From Acinetobacter phage vB_AbaM_14/CRR8: a stretch of 64,000 bases of DNA. Positions 44,827 to 54,825 of this stretch are shown piece by piece. Numbering within the stretch: the stretch's first letter is position 1; the number at the start of each line of letters is the position of its first letter. Below the pieces are notes generated by a model. That model did no database searches. It saw only the letters and a program-made list of their open reading frames with translations, and was not told the origin of the DNA. The stretch lies in the sequence record PV611675.1; one strand, 5' to 3'. A program made the translations under genes and the position numbers.

Positions 44827-45144
44827 ATGACTATTGTCCTTATACAAATTATCTTAGCACTTTTCGCAGCTGTAAATTTCTACTGTGAAGTATCAAAGAA
44901 ATATAGAGACTGTGGAATACACGCATCACTACGCTGGTTGTTTATGGTTGCATCACTTATCGCATTGGTAAAGGTCAAGTACCTTGCCATTATGCCTTTT
45001 GTAGTGCAGCTATCAGCCTTGATTATAGTAATTGGATTAACCAAGTTACTATATGATCACGTTCTTAAACGTCAAATTAGGATTGCAAATTTTAAACTTA
45101 AAAAGCTTTATCTTGAAGAGGTTCAGAAACACTCTCACAGATAA
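44827..45144 (+). CDS. holin or antiholin-like membrane protein (105 aa)
   Basis: three hydrophobic helices and a basic C-terminal tail. Confidence 0.45.
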   Translation: MTIVLIQIILALFAAVNFYCEVSKKYRDCGIHASLRWLFMVASLIALVKVKYLAIMPFVVQLSALIIVIGLTKLLYDHVLKRQIRIANFKLKKLYLEEVQKHSHR

Positions 45145-45186
45145 TAATAGACTGATTGTCTAAATTCAACTTAATAGGAGATTTAC

Positions 45187-45486
45187 ATGTTAAAAGGTAA
45201 TCAAGCAATTTTCGTATATGGCGACCCTACATCAACTTTAGCAACTCTTGAAGAGCTTAAAGAGTACATGGGTGGTGGAGATGTTGGCGGTGTCACTAAA
45301 GAGTACGTAGATGGCGAGTTAGCTAAGAAGGCAAATGTATCAGCTTTAACAGCCAAAGCTGACAAGACGTATGTAGATGCAGAATTGGCTAAGAAAATTG
45401 GATTGCCAGCAACAGCGAATGAAGGTGATATCCTAACTTTCACAGGAGGGAAATGGACTGCTGTACCTGCATCTCAACCAGTATAA
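45187..45486 (+). CDS. hypothetical protein (99 aa)
   Basis: AGGAG RBS; lies between the holin-like and endolysin genes. Confidence 0.4.
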   Translation: MLKGNQAIFVYGDPTSTLATLEELKEYMGGGDVGGVTKEYVDGELAKKANVSALTAKADKTYVDAELAKKIGLPATANEGDILTFTGGKWTAVPASQPV

Positions 45487-45496
45487 GGAGTATTAA

Positions 45497-46111
45497 ATGA
45501 AGTTGACTAAGGGTGGTTTCGACATCCTTAGAGCTGAATTGTTCAAATCTTTTACTGAAAGTCAAGTAGAAGCTTTGAACTTCTTGGTTTCTAAGTGTGA
45601 AGAAGCTGGATTGACTTATCCAGAAACAGCTTACGCATTAGCTACAGTATACCATGAAACAGGTGTTGTCAAAGGTGGTAAATTAGTTAGAACCATGCTT
45701 CCTGTAGAGGAACAAGGTAGCGACAAATATTTATCTAAATACGATACAGGTAAATTGGCGACTGCTTTAGGTAATACCCAAGCATTGGATGGAGATGGTC
45801 AGAAGTATAAAGGTCGTGGTTATGTACAGCTTACTGGTACACGAAACTATGCACTATTCGCTAGATTGTTGAAAGTAGACCTTCTCAATAAACCAGAGTT
45901 GGCTATGGACCCAGAAGTGGCAGCCAATATCATGACATATGGTATGTTGAATGGTTCCTTTACTGGTGTTGGGTTCAGGCGTAAGCGTCCAGTTTCCAAA
46001 TATAATAAGGCCCAATACATTGCTGCTAGGAATATCATCAACGGTTCAGATCGTGCTAATGATATTGCTGGATATGCTATGATCTTTGAGAGAGCTTTAA
46101 GAAGTTATTAA
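45497..46111 (+). CDS. endolysin, glycoside hydrolase family 19-like (204 aa)
   Basis: motifs YHETG and KYKGRGYVQLTGTRNY resemble the GH19 chitinase/lysozyme catalytic region; AAGGAG RBS. Confidence 0.7.
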   Translation: MKLTKGGFDILRAELFKSFTESQVEALNFLVSKCEEAGLTYPETAYALATVYHETGVVKGGKLVRTMLPVEEQGSDKYLSKYDTGKLATALGNTQALDGDGQKYKGRGYVQLTGTRNYALFARLLKVDLLNKPELAMDPEVAANIMTYGMLNGSFTGVGFRRKRPVSKYNKAQYIAARNIINGSDRANDIAGYAMIFERALRSY

Positions 46112-46117
46112 CAAAAA

Positions 46118-46150
46118 GAAAGGGAGCCTAGTGCTCCCTATTTTTATCTC
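46118..46150. terminator. bidirectional rho-independent terminator between convergent genes
   Basis: agggagc-ctagt-gctccct hairpin flanked by an A-run upstream and a T-run downstream. Confidence 0.65.
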
Positions 46151-46437
46151 TTGTATCCAACAAATTCTTTTAAAGCATCCACAAAGAATGGTTGCATAAC
46201 AAGTTGCATACACAAAGCTTCATCGAAAATCTTACCAACGTTGACATCTGTTTCAAATCCAATCTCGTCAAAATGTTGATTGATACGTTTAGCAAAGCTG
46301 TCAATACCTCTTGCACATCCAAATATCATAATTCCTATGTCTTTTGGGTCATGTCTCTCAAGCATAAGCTCTTCAAACTCTTCATAGGTCCAGCCTTCCC
46401 TTGAACCTGTAATTAATAATGCTACATGTTTCATCAA
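46144..46437 (-). CDS. SLOG/DUF2493-like small protein (97 aa)
   Basis: motif LITGSREGW...IMIFGCARGIDSFAKR resembles the GxRGxDxxA signature of DUF2493/YspA-like SLOG proteins. Confidence 0.45.
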   Translation of the reverse strand: MMKHVALLITGSREGWTYEEFEELMLERHDPKDIGIMIFGCARGIDSFAKRINQHFDEIGFETDVNVGKIFDEALCMQLVMQPFFVDALKEFVGYKR

Positions 46438-47108
46438 TAATCCTCTCTAAAATATTTGGCATCATCTTTCATCCGACGATTTCTTTCAAGAATATCTATA
46501 TTTGGAATACGCTTGAAAATATCAGAGAAAGAAGTTTTTGGTTGTTCAACATGGTGTGTATTAGCACTTACTTGCTCCATAGCTGCATCAATAGCAGAGA
46601 AGTAGTCATCTAAATCCGACCCATCATCTTCATCTTCAATTAATGGTTCAACAGGTAATTCTTCTCTTTTACCAACTAAATGTTTTAAAGCATCTGGAAT
46701 ACCTTTGACAACATTAGGTCTTGATTCACCTTGTTTCTCAAATGAATCTTCCATTTGTGTCTTTGGTTTAACAACCTTAGATACTTTCTTAACAACTTCT
46801 TTCACAGCTTTCTTGACAATGTTAAGAAGCTTACAAGCTTTTTCAGTAATTGAATAATGTGTAGTACGGGTATGACCCATGTCATGAGAAATGATAATGA
46901 GACCAAAATCAACTAACTTTTTCTTAGCTCTTTGAATTTGACTCTCAGATAATGAGCCTTCGAAGTCTTCAGACAGTTGTTTATTAGTTCGATACACCTT
47001 ATCCACATTCTTAGTCTCAGACCAGAACTTAATGTGGTTAAGTAAGAGAGCAGCTTGAATACCAACTAAGTTAGCTACTTCTGGATTGTAAGATTTAATA
47101 TACGACAT
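46434..47108 (-). CDS. winged-HTH protein, replication-initiator or regulator-like (224 aa from the ATG with GAAGAGGTG RBS)
   Basis: N-terminal NPEVANLVGIQAALLLNHIKFW wHTH-like segment and an acidic C-terminal half; divergent from the replication operon across the putative origin. Confidence 0.4.
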   Translation of the reverse strand: MSYIKSYNPEVANLVGIQAALLLNHIKFWSETKNVDKVYRTNKQLSEDFEGSLSESQIQRAKKKLVDFGLIIISHDMGHTRTTHYSITEKACKLLNIVKKAVKEVVKKVSKVVKPKTQMEDSFEKQGESRPNVVKGIPDALKHLVGKREELPVEPLIEDEDDGSDLDDYFSAIDAAMEQVSANTHHVEQPKTSFSDIFKRIPNIDILERNRRMKDDAKYFREDY

Positions 47109-47214
47109 GATAACACCTCTTCGATGTAGGCAATCATACACACCTTAAAAACTCAGATCAATATTTAATTTTATTTTTAATTTAATTTTATTCTATTAAT
47201 AACATCTGACAGAT

Positions 47215-47330
47215 ACGAAGAATGGATTTTTCAAAAACGATAAATGGATATTTTGAAACTGAAACATGGAATTTATGATATCGAAATATGCATATTTCAG
47301 TATCGAAAAATGGAAAGGAAATAAAAAGAT
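47215..47330. repeat. five imperfect 22-bp periodic (A)ATGGA-containing repeats plus a perfect 16-bp palindrome GAAATATGCATATTTC (47283-47298); candidate origin or operator
   Basis: AATGGA at 47221, 47243, 47265 and 47309, a 22-bp phase; the palindrome occupies the skipped unit, flanked by TATCGAAA direct repeats. Confidence 0.5.
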
Positions 47331-47469
47331 TTGACAACAGAATTTAATATGTGTAGTATGGATATAAATATATAGTAATTGACAGGACTAAAAAATTATT
47401 GTAGATAGTTATAGTACCACAAAAACGGATTTTGTCAAGTCATTTATTGTTACAGAAATGTAAACAGTA

Positions 47470-47504
47470 AGGCTTGACTATTGTCATTTTTACTGTATAA
47501 TAGT
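47470..47504 (+). promoter_or_regulatory. sigma70-like promoter (TTGACT, 16-nt spacer, TG-TATAAT)
   Basis: cTTGACTattgtcatttttacTGTATAAT lies directly upstream of the replication operon. Confidence 0.55.
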
Positions 47505-47531
47505 CGGGTATCGATACATAAGGAGGTTATA

Positions 47532-47960
47532 TTGGAAATTACAAAGCTTAAATATAAACTAGCTTTTATGGGTATGGCTAAAGTCTTCGCAAAGACATCT
47601 GAAGCAAAGAGACTTCAAGTAGGTGCTTTAATTGTGAAGAATAAGCAGATCATATCTACAGGAGTAAATGGTACACCAGCTGGATGGGAAACAAACAATT
47701 GTGAGAACTCAAACAATGAGACAGAATGGTTTGTTAGACACGCAGAAGTTCAGGCATTAAACAAATTAAGAAAATCACACGAGACATCTATTGGGGCTGA
47801 AATGTATATTACGCACAGCCCTTGTAAGAATTGTGCTGTCGAGATTATCGATGCTGGAATTTCTAAAGTTTACTATGACATTGACTATAGAGATTCAACT
47901 GGGATTGAACTACTTAAAAAGTATGGGATTCGAGTTGAAAAACTTCAGGAGGTTAAATGA
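47532..47960 (+). CDS. dCMP deaminase (142 aa from the TTG start 6 nt after AAGGAGG)
   Basis: zinc motifs HAEVQAL and SPCKNCA (HxE...PCxxC). Confidence 0.75.
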   Translation: MEITKLKYKLAFMGMAKVFAKTSEAKRLQVGALIVKNKQIISTGVNGTPAGWETNNCENSNNETEWFVRHAEVQALNKLRKSHETSIGAEMYITHSPCKNCAVEIIDAGISKVYYDIDYRDSTGIELLKKYGIRVEKLQEVK

Positions 47961-50038
47961 GTATCCCAACAAACATGATCTGGAAGAAAGTTAAAGGTGA
48001 GTGGACGATTGGGAAATTCATGGGTGTTGATTGGAGTGGTGTAGAGTGGGATTATGAAGGAAAACAAGCCTGTCCTCATTGTCAAGCACAAGGGAATGAT
48101 AACTCTGGCAACAATCTACATGTGTATGGTCTTGATGACCAAGGTCGTCCACTTGGAGGTAAATGTTTTAGGGAAGAGTTGGTTATCGTGTCTGTTGAAA
48201 AAGCTATAGATGATGCCAATGAAGAAAGTGGTAATGCTGCCAAGGATAAAGTTAAGAGTTTTAGTGGAGGTAAGAAAACAGATATGTCAGCATTTGATGA
48301 GAAGAAGTTGAGTAAGGAAAAAGCTAAACTTAAACGTGAGCGACTTACTAAAGAGGAACTTCAAGAGGTATTGGAATCCACTGGTGATGATCCAAAGCTT
48401 CTACGAGGAATGGACCTTGAGACATCTCAGAAGTATGATATTAGATATCAATATGATGAGAGTACTGGAAAACCAAAAGTAATGATGATCCCAGCATTTA
48501 TTGAAGAGAATGGTGAGTTCGTTATTACGGGATACAAGTGTCGTAACTTCCGTAAGAAGAAAGAGCAAGAGGGTCACTTCTACTCGATTGGTTATGTAGG
48601 TAAATTGAACTGCTTCATGGGTCAAAACATTGCAAAGTCAGCTAACCATGCACTTATCGTTGGTGGTGAAATTGATGTTATTGCAGCTGATGCTTTACTT
48701 AAGAAACATTCAAAACTTAAGCAGTACAACAAGAACTATGTTGTATTAAGTTCTTTAGTTGGTGAACCTGCTACATTTGAGGTTTGTAAACAGAACTACG
48801 AGTTCATGGATCAATTCATGAAAGTTGTTCTTGCATTAGACAATGACGATGCTGGTAGAGATGCTACTGAGCGAGTTAAAGAAGTTTTACCTAATGAAAC
48901 TTTATTCACTGCTAAATTGTCTTACAAAGACCCTTGGGTTTATTGGGAGCAATTTAAAAAGCATAAGAATAAAGAGGTTCCAAAAGAGTTTGAGAATGAC
49001 ATCCATTGGAATAGTAAACTGGTTAAGTCGTTTGGACTTGTTGGCTCGCGCTCTTTACTCTCAAGAGCAATTGAGCATGTGGTTCGCCCTAAGATTCCTT
49101 TGCCAGCATTCTTACAGGATTTAGGTGATTATTTCACTGATGGTATTGGGCTTGGTGAAATCTTCAACATCATTTCCAACACATCTACAGGTAAATCTGT
49201 TTATGTGAATGAGATGATTTCTGACTGGGTTGTAAATGCACCATATAAAATGTGTATCTTCTCACTAGAGGATAACTGTGGTTCTTATGGTACTAAGATT
49301 GCATCACGATTAATCGGTCGATCTATCCATCGTGTTAAGGGTGCAGAGAACCGTAAGAAAATACTTGAGGATAATGCCGATAAGATCATGGAGTTCTTGA
49401 CTGACAAGGAAACTGGTGAAGATGCGTTCTACTTAATTGAGGAAGCATTCAGTGATCTTGAGCAAGTTAAGCAAGCTATTCTTCAAGCTATTAAAGTTCT
49501 TGGATGTAAGATCATTGTTATTGACCCATTGGTTAACTTGATCTCACATAAGTCAAATGAAGAGCAGATTGCATTTATGGTGTTTGAGGAAGAGTGTCGT
49601 CGTATTTATGATGTAACCTTCATTAACGTATGTCATACACGTAAAGTTGGTGGTGGTGGCTCTAAAGCTGCATCTCAAGGTGGGGATATCACAGAAGAGG
49701 ATGTTAAAGGTTCAAGCCAAATTACTGGCTCTGCAACAATTAATATGATCATTCGTCGTGATAAAGGTAATGCATGTGAGATTAAACGTAATACTACAGA
49801 GATCGACTTGATCAAGAACCGTACAGACGGTCAGACAGGTAAATCAGTAGCTAAGATTTTCTATCATGGAGATAGTCATACATTGATCCCTTACTCTATT
49901 GCTGAGGAGAATGATTTCTATCAAGATGGGCAAAAGGTAGATTTCAAGAGAAAAGGTATTACACCTGTAACCACACAGGAAGATGCCGAAGATGACGATG
50001 AAGTTGTTGATCCAGACAAAATGGATTTCACGGATTAG
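47957..50038 (+). CDS. primase-helicase (T7 gp4-like; zinc finger, TOPRIM and DnaB-like helicase; 693 aa)
   Basis: N-terminal CPHC...C zinc ribbon; TOPRIM motifs GGEIDVIAAD and LDNDDAGRDA; helicase Walker-type segments NTSTGKS and IVIDPL. Confidence 0.8.
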   Translation: MSIPTNMIWKKVKGEWTIGKFMGVDWSGVEWDYEGKQACPHCQAQGNDNSGNNLHVYGLDDQGRPLGGKCFREELVIVSVEKAIDDANEESGNAAKDKVKSFSGGKKTDMSAFDEKKLSKEKAKLKRERLTKEELQEVLESTGDDPKLLRGMDLETSQKYDIRYQYDESTGKPKVMMIPAFIEENGEFVITGYKCRNFRKKKEQEGHFYSIGYVGKLNCFMGQNIAKSANHALIVGGEIDVIAADALLKKHSKLKQYNKNYVVLSSLVGEPATFEVCKQNYEFMDQFMKVVLALDNDDAGRDATERVKEVLPNETLFTAKLSYKDPWVYWEQFKKHKNKEVPKEFENDIHWNSKLVKSFGLVGSRSLLSRAIEHVVRPKIPLPAFLQDLGDYFTDGIGLGEIFNIISNTSTGKSVYVNEMISDWVVNAPYKMCIFSLEDNCGSYGTKIASRLIGRSIHRVKGAENRKKILEDNADKIMEFLTDKETGEDAFYLIEEAFSDLEQVKQAILQAIKVLGCKIIVIDPLVNLISHKSNEEQIAFMVFEEECRRIYDVTFINVCHTRKVGGGGSKAASQGGDITEEDVKGSSQITGSATINMIIRRDKGNACEIKRNTTEIDLIKNRTDGQTGKSVAKIFYHGDSHTLIPYSIAEENDFYQDGQKVDFKRKGITPVTTQEDAEDDDEVVDPDKMDFTD

Positions 50039-50095
50039 TTTGTAAAATCAAAAAGATGCTGGTATAATGCTGGCATCTAATTTATTGGAGGTAAT

Positions 50096-50452
50096 ATGTA
50101 TGGTAATTTAATTTTAGAAAAATTTAAATCTAATTCTGAAGATGAAGTCATTCGATTAAATGGTTTTAGATTTTTGTCTTGTGAAGGGACTGAATATTCT
50201 CACTTCTTTGGGAATATCTGGTTGTATGAAGTAAATTTCCAACATCACAGTAAGGAAACCATCAAAGGCCAAGGAGAGGTTCATAACTTCAAATTGACTA
50301 TTAAACAAGCTCATATAGAGAAGTCTAGTATCATCTCTCATGAGGCTTTGAACATAGTAGGTGAAGTAGGTTTGATTAATACAATTAAACGTATGTGTGC
50401 CGAGATTAGTTCACAACGAATTGATGAAATCCTTGGAGGTGATAATGTCTGA
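50096..50452 (+). CDS. hypothetical protein (118 aa)
   Basis: GGAGG RBS. Confidence 0.4.
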   Translation: MYGNLILEKFKSNSEDEVIRLNGFRFLSCEGTEYSHFFGNIWLYEVNFQHHSKETIKGQGEVHNFKLTIKQAHIEKSSIISHEALNIVGEVGLINTIKRMCAEISSQRIDEILGGDNV

Positions 50453-52508
50453 AGAGCGTAAGTATAGATTTTTTGCTGCCGATTTGGAGGCAACAGGTCT
50501 ATTGTGGGACATGGTTAAACAAGGGGATGAGAAGAAATTACATAACTTCTGTGCTATTGAGATCAAGGACCATAAGTTTCAAAATATTGAGATGTTTCAC
50601 CCTCATGATAAGAAGGGGAGAGATGAACTTCAAAAATTTATTGAACATCCAGATCATATCTTTCTGATTCACAATGCTTATACATATGATGTTCATGCAC
50701 TGGAATTATTTGGTTTTGATACATCTAAAATGAAGGTGATTGATACATTGCCATTGTCTTGGTATCTCCATCATGATCGTGATCGTCATGGTCTTGAATG
50801 GTGGGGTGAAGAGTTTGGAGTACCTAAACCTAAGATCGACAACTGGGAAGATTTAACTCAAGAAGAGTATGACCATCGTGTTATCGAAGACTGTAAGATT
50901 CAGCGACTCCTGTGGATGAAGTTGTGTACAGAATTTGGTGAGATGTATAAGATTAAGACTCAGAAGGATGTATATGAACACTTTGCATTCAAATACATTC
51001 AGTTTAAATCTAAACAACTTTCTGAACAGATGAAGAATAAGTGGAAGTTCAATGTTGAGGAAGGTCAGAAATTATTTGATGAGCTTGAAGCTGAGATTGC
51101 AGAGCGTACAGAGAAGTTAAAATCTGTAATGCCTAAAGTTCCAAAGTATGCTAAACGTAAACCTCCAGCTAAACCGTTTAAAGCAAATGGTGAATTATCT
51201 GCTACTGGTGAGAAGTGGAAGAAACTTTGTGAGGAACATGGTTATGAGTTTGGTACTTATAAAGGTGAGATTTTAGAGCTTACTAAGTATGAAGAACCAA
51301 ACCCAGCATCTTCAACTCAAGTGAAAGCTTGGTTAACTAGTTTAGGCTGGGAGCCAATGACATTTGAGTATAAGCGTGAAGCTGATGGTAAGACTCGTGC
51401 TATTCCTCAAGTTAACAAGAAGAACTCAGGTGGATTAGTTTGTGAATCTGTTTCGATGTTGGCTGAGGAAGTTGAGGAAGTATCAGCTCTGGAAGGTCTA
51501 GGTATCGTAAAGCACCGTTTTGCTATGGTTAAGGGTTGGTTGGAGAATCACGAAGATGGATTCTTAATCGCACAAGCTGGTGGGTTTACGAATACGTTAC
51601 GATTGAAGCATAGACAACTTGTGAATATGCCTTCAGGTCGTGTACCATACGGAATGCGTTTACGTGGGTTGCTTGAAGCTCGTGAAGGTTGTATATTGAC
51701 AGGGGCCGACTTAAGTTCTCTTGAGAACCGCTGGAAGTTCCATCATCAATATCCACTTGATCCTGATTATGTAGAAGCACAGATGTCGGATGACTTTGAC
51801 CCTCACTTGGCACTAGCGGAGATGGCAGGTCTATTAACGACAGATGATGTAAACTTCTATAAGTTGTTTGAGAGTGGCTACACCATCCCTGATGAGTGTT
51901 ACACTGATGAACTGAAGAGACGAATTAAGAAAGCTGAGGAAGATGAGGAGTGGAAACACTCTGAGATCAAGCGCATTGCTAAAATTCGTGGTATTGGTAA
52001 GAATGGTAACTATGCACTACAATATGGTTCTGGTGTTGAAACATTAGCCCGTACTGCTAAGATTACCAAGAAACAAGCAACCAAGTTGAAAGAAGGTTAT
52101 GATAAGCTTAACTGGACTATCCCTGTTATTGCCAAGGCACAACGGGTTAAAGATTTTAAACATGGACGATTCTTGTATAACCGTGAGAATAAAATCTGGT
52201 ATCCATTAAAAGCTGAGAAGGATAGATTCTCTACCTTGATTCAGGGAAGTGGTTCGTATACACTAGACTTATGGATCATGAAGTTCTTCCAAATTCGTAA
52301 GAAGGCTATTGCCTCTGGTCGGATTAAGTTTGCTAATTTATTAGGGACTTTCCACGATGAGTTAATCTTGGAGCATTTGGAGGAGGATGCAGAAGAAGTT
52401 AAGAAGATGTTAAGTGAGGCGATCGACCTTGTTAATAAATCTTTGAAGCTTTCTGTAGACTTGACATGTGACATTAAACAGGGTAAAACATACGCTGAAA
52501 TTCACTAA
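50445..52508 (+). CDS. family A DNA polymerase with 3'-5' exonuclease domain (687 aa from the ATG after GGAGGTG; the ORF track begins at 50397)
   Basis: exonuclease motifs FFAADLEATGL, IHNAYTYDVHAL and YxxxD; polymerase motif B RIAKIRGIGKNGNYALQYG and motif C FHDELILE. Confidence 0.85.
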   Translation: MSEERKYRFFAADLEATGLLWDMVKQGDEKKLHNFCAIEIKDHKFQNIEMFHPHDKKGRDELQKFIEHPDHIFLIHNAYTYDVHALELFGFDTSKMKVIDTLPLSWYLHHDRDRHGLEWWGEEFGVPKPKIDNWEDLTQEEYDHRVIEDCKIQRLLWMKLCTEFGEMYKIKTQKDVYEHFAFKYIQFKSKQLSEQMKNKWKFNVEEGQKLFDELEAEIAERTEKLKSVMPKVPKYAKRKPPAKPFKANGELSATGEKWKKLCEEHGYEFGTYKGEILELTKYEEPNPASSTQVKAWLTSLGWEPMTFEYKREADGKTRAIPQVNKKNSGGLVCESVSMLAEEVEEVSALEGLGIVKHRFAMVKGWLENHEDGFLIAQAGGFTNTLRLKHRQLVNMPSGRVPYGMRLRGLLEAREGCILTGADLSSLENRWKFHHQYPLDPDYVEAQMSDDFDPHLALAEMAGLLTTDDVNFYKLFESGYTIPDECYTDELKRRIKKAEEDEEWKHSEIKRIAKIRGIGKNGNYALQYGSGVETLARTAKITKKQATKLKEGYDKLNWTIPVIAKAQRVKDFKHGRFLYNRENKIWYPLKAEKDRFSTLIQGSGSYTLDLWIMKFFQIRKKAIASGRIKFANLLGTFHDELILEHLEEDAEEVKKMLSEAIDLVNKSLKLSVDLTCDIKQGKTYAEIH

Positions 52509-52520
52509 AGGTTAATATTT

Positions 52521-52712
52521 ATGAAAAATTTACAATTACTTGTTGACATTGCAGAAAGTTCTGGTAATATGGATGCCATTGAAGATGATGTAGGATTTAA
52601 ATTTCCAGAATCCACATCTCTACCAAAGCTTGAGGTTATGTCCCTTGAGAAAAGGTTCTTAGAACATTGGAGTGATACATATTCTCCAGTTCATTTAAGA
52701 TATGAATTGTAA
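52521..52712 (+). CDS. hypothetical protein (63 aa)
   Basis: RBS present. Confidence 0.35.
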   Translation: MKNLQLLVDIAESSGNMDAIEDDVGFKFPESTSLPKLEVMSLEKRFLEHWSDTYSPVHLRYEL

Positions 52713-52728
52713 TTAAATAGGTGGTTCT

Positions 52729-52932
52729 ATGTTGTATTCGTTAGTATTAGTAGTATTTCTATCAAACGGTTCAGAAGATAGAACCACTTTAGCAAAAAAT
52801 TATCAAGATTACTCTTGCATTGATTCAAGAGATGTTGTAAGATCACAACTTGATTATTACAACAATCTCGAATCTAAAGGTGATGTTGAGTTTGTTGATG
52901 TTGAGTGTGAAGCTCAAAAAGATTTTATTTAG
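52729..52932 (+). CDS. hypothetical protein (67 aa)
   Basis: AGGTGG RBS. Confidence 0.35.
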   Translation: MLYSLVLVVFLSNGSEDRTTLAKNYQDYSCIDSRDVVRSQLDYYNNLESKGDVEFVDVECEAQKDFI

Positions 52933-52954
52933 TAGTTCCTTAGAGGAGAAATTT

Positions 52955-54160
52955 ATGACAGCTTTTAAAATGCGTAAGGGTACAGGTAATGGCAACGGTG
53001 GTAACGGACCTAAAGTAGACTATGCAGCTATTAATGCTCAGGTTGATGAAGGTTCACACGGTGCTCGTATTGTACACTTAATCGACTTAGGGGACCATCA
53101 AGATTCTGTTAAGTTGGGTGATAAGGGTTACACAGGATTCCTTAGCGAAGAGGATGCTGAGTTATTCATTGAACAGATGAAAGAAAAGCATGGTGAAAAA
53201 CATTCTGCATTCAAAAATGGTGATCCAGAGATTGAGGAAGCGGATGAAGCGGATTTTGATGAGTCTAAGACAAAAACACTTAAACTTACAGGTAAAGGTG
53301 ACAAAGCTCGTTGGATTGAAACAGACACTGATCCAGAGTATGTAGTAAACATCAATGAGTACGGTGGCTTTAAGAAAGATGGTACACCTCTTTTATATCA
53401 AGAGATTGCTCTTGTAGCTGACTGTACAGAGATGGAAATTGATTATGGTGAAGATATTGGTGTAAAACCTTATCGTATCCTGTTGAACAAAACTTGGATG
53501 GGTGATGTTACTGGTTTCCAACTTAAGAAAGTTCCACCAGCTAAAAAAGATGGTGTATGGACAATTAAAGGTAATACCAAGTTAGCTGAGGTAATTACAG
53601 CTTGTGGTAAGAAAGAGCTTCTTGATGTTGATTTGGAAGATGCAGATTTTTCTGAAATTCTTGGTGAAGCATTCAATATCGCAATTGAGAAGAATGGTGA
53701 CAATGACCAGTATGTAAATATCGGTAAAGCCATCCCTCTCAAGAAGAAGAAGGGTGTTCCAGAAGAAGTAGCTGAGCTTTGGGATGAACCATTAGTAATC
53801 ACATTTGAGAATGCAACAGCTGATTTGCTTGAACAAGCACACGTTCGTGGAGACATTATCAAGAAGATTAAGTCTGCTACAAACTATAAAGGTTCTGCAA
53901 TGGAAGAGGCTGTTGAAGAGTATGAAGCTCGTAACAAAGCAAAATACAAAGCTCAAGCTGAATCACAAGAATCTGATTTGGACGATGAAGGTGATGATGA
54001 GGATGAGGATGAAAAGCCACAACGTAAGGTTACTAAAGAGACTAAGTCTAAGTCAACAAAAGCAAAGACTAAAACTAAGAAGGAACCTGAGCCTGAACCT
54101 GAATCAGATGATGATAATGACGATGATGGTGACGACGATGAAAACGATGATTGGGAATAA
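52955..54160 (+). CDS. acidic-tailed protein, possible ssDNA-binding protein (401 aa)
   Basis: GAGGAG RBS; very acidic C-terminal tail (...DDDNDDDGDDDENDDWE) reminiscent of SSB or gp2.5 tails; position in the replication module. Confidence 0.3.
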   Translation: MTAFKMRKGTGNGNGGNGPKVDYAAINAQVDEGSHGARIVHLIDLGDHQDSVKLGDKGYTGFLSEEDAELFIEQMKEKHGEKHSAFKNGDPEIEEADEADFDESKTKTLKLTGKGDKARWIETDTDPEYVVNINEYGGFKKDGTPLLYQEIALVADCTEMEIDYGEDIGVKPYRILLNKTWMGDVTGFQLKKVPPAKKDGVWTIKGNTKLAEVITACGKKELLDVDLEDADFSEILGEAFNIAIEKNGDNDQYVNIGKAIPLKKKKGVPEEVAELWDEPLVITFENATADLLEQAHVRGDIIKKIKSATNYKGSAMEEAVEEYEARNKAKYKAQAESQESDLDDEGDDEDEDEKPQRKVTKETKSKSTKAKTKTKKEPEPEPESDDDNDDDGDDDENDDWE

Positions 54161-54167
54161 GTGATAA

Positions 54168-54428
54168 ATGGAAGCAAGCGTTAACATATCTTCAAATGAG
54201 TTGAAGCGCTTGTTCCACAAAGCTGTAAAGGATGGTGGCTTCTCTGAGAGAGTGATCTCGGAGACAGTCACTAAACTTTTAGATAGGGTAGCCAGAGACT
54301 ACCCACATCTTCTCAAAGGTATTTACCAGAATGCACATCGTAAGTACCAAGCGAGTTTAGCTCTTGGACTCAAGCAGCAAAGAGAACGTAACATGAAACA
54401 AATCTATGGAGGAAAGTATGGGAACTAA
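54168..54428 (+). CDS. hypothetical protein (86 aa)
   Basis: ORF. Confidence 0.35.
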   Translation: MEASVNISSNELKRLFHKAVKDGGFSERVISETVTKLLDRVARDYPHLLKGIYQNAHRKYQASLALGLKQQRERNMKQIYGGKYGN

Positions 54429-54825
54429 ACACATTAATGAATTAGCTACAGAAATTGAAGCAAAGCGTGGCGCTGGTCGCCCATCTGTTGATAATGAATC
54501 TATCCTTGATGAGCTTTTGGCAAAGCCTGAAACACGACAGAAACTTAAAGATCAATTCCGTTATTTAAAAGAGCAGAAGCTTGCTGTAATGGCAAAGCAA
54601 GACATTTATAAAGATGATGTAAAAGCTACCAAAGAAGTATTTGGTCTTTCAAATGGGTTTATTACAAAAGCTGTCGATGCTCTTGTTAAGTCTGAAGTTA
54701 GTAAGAAAATGACTGAAGCTGCTCAATTCTCTGATTTCTTATCTGTTCTTGGTGAAGATGAGGAAGATGTAGATTCAGGCAATTACGACGAAAATGACTT
54801 TGGGGATGAGGATTATGACGATTAA
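54418..54825 (+). CDS. hypothetical acidic protein (135 aa)
   Basis: GGAGGAAAGT RBS; acidic C-terminus (DEEDVDSGNYDENDFGDEDYDD). Confidence 0.35.
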   Translation: MGTKHINELATEIEAKRGAGRPSVDNESILDELLAKPETRQKLKDQFRYLKEQKLAVMAKQDIYKDDVKATKEVFGLSNGFITKAVDALVKSEVSKKMTEAAQFSDFLSVLGEDEEDVDSGNYDENDFGDEDYDD

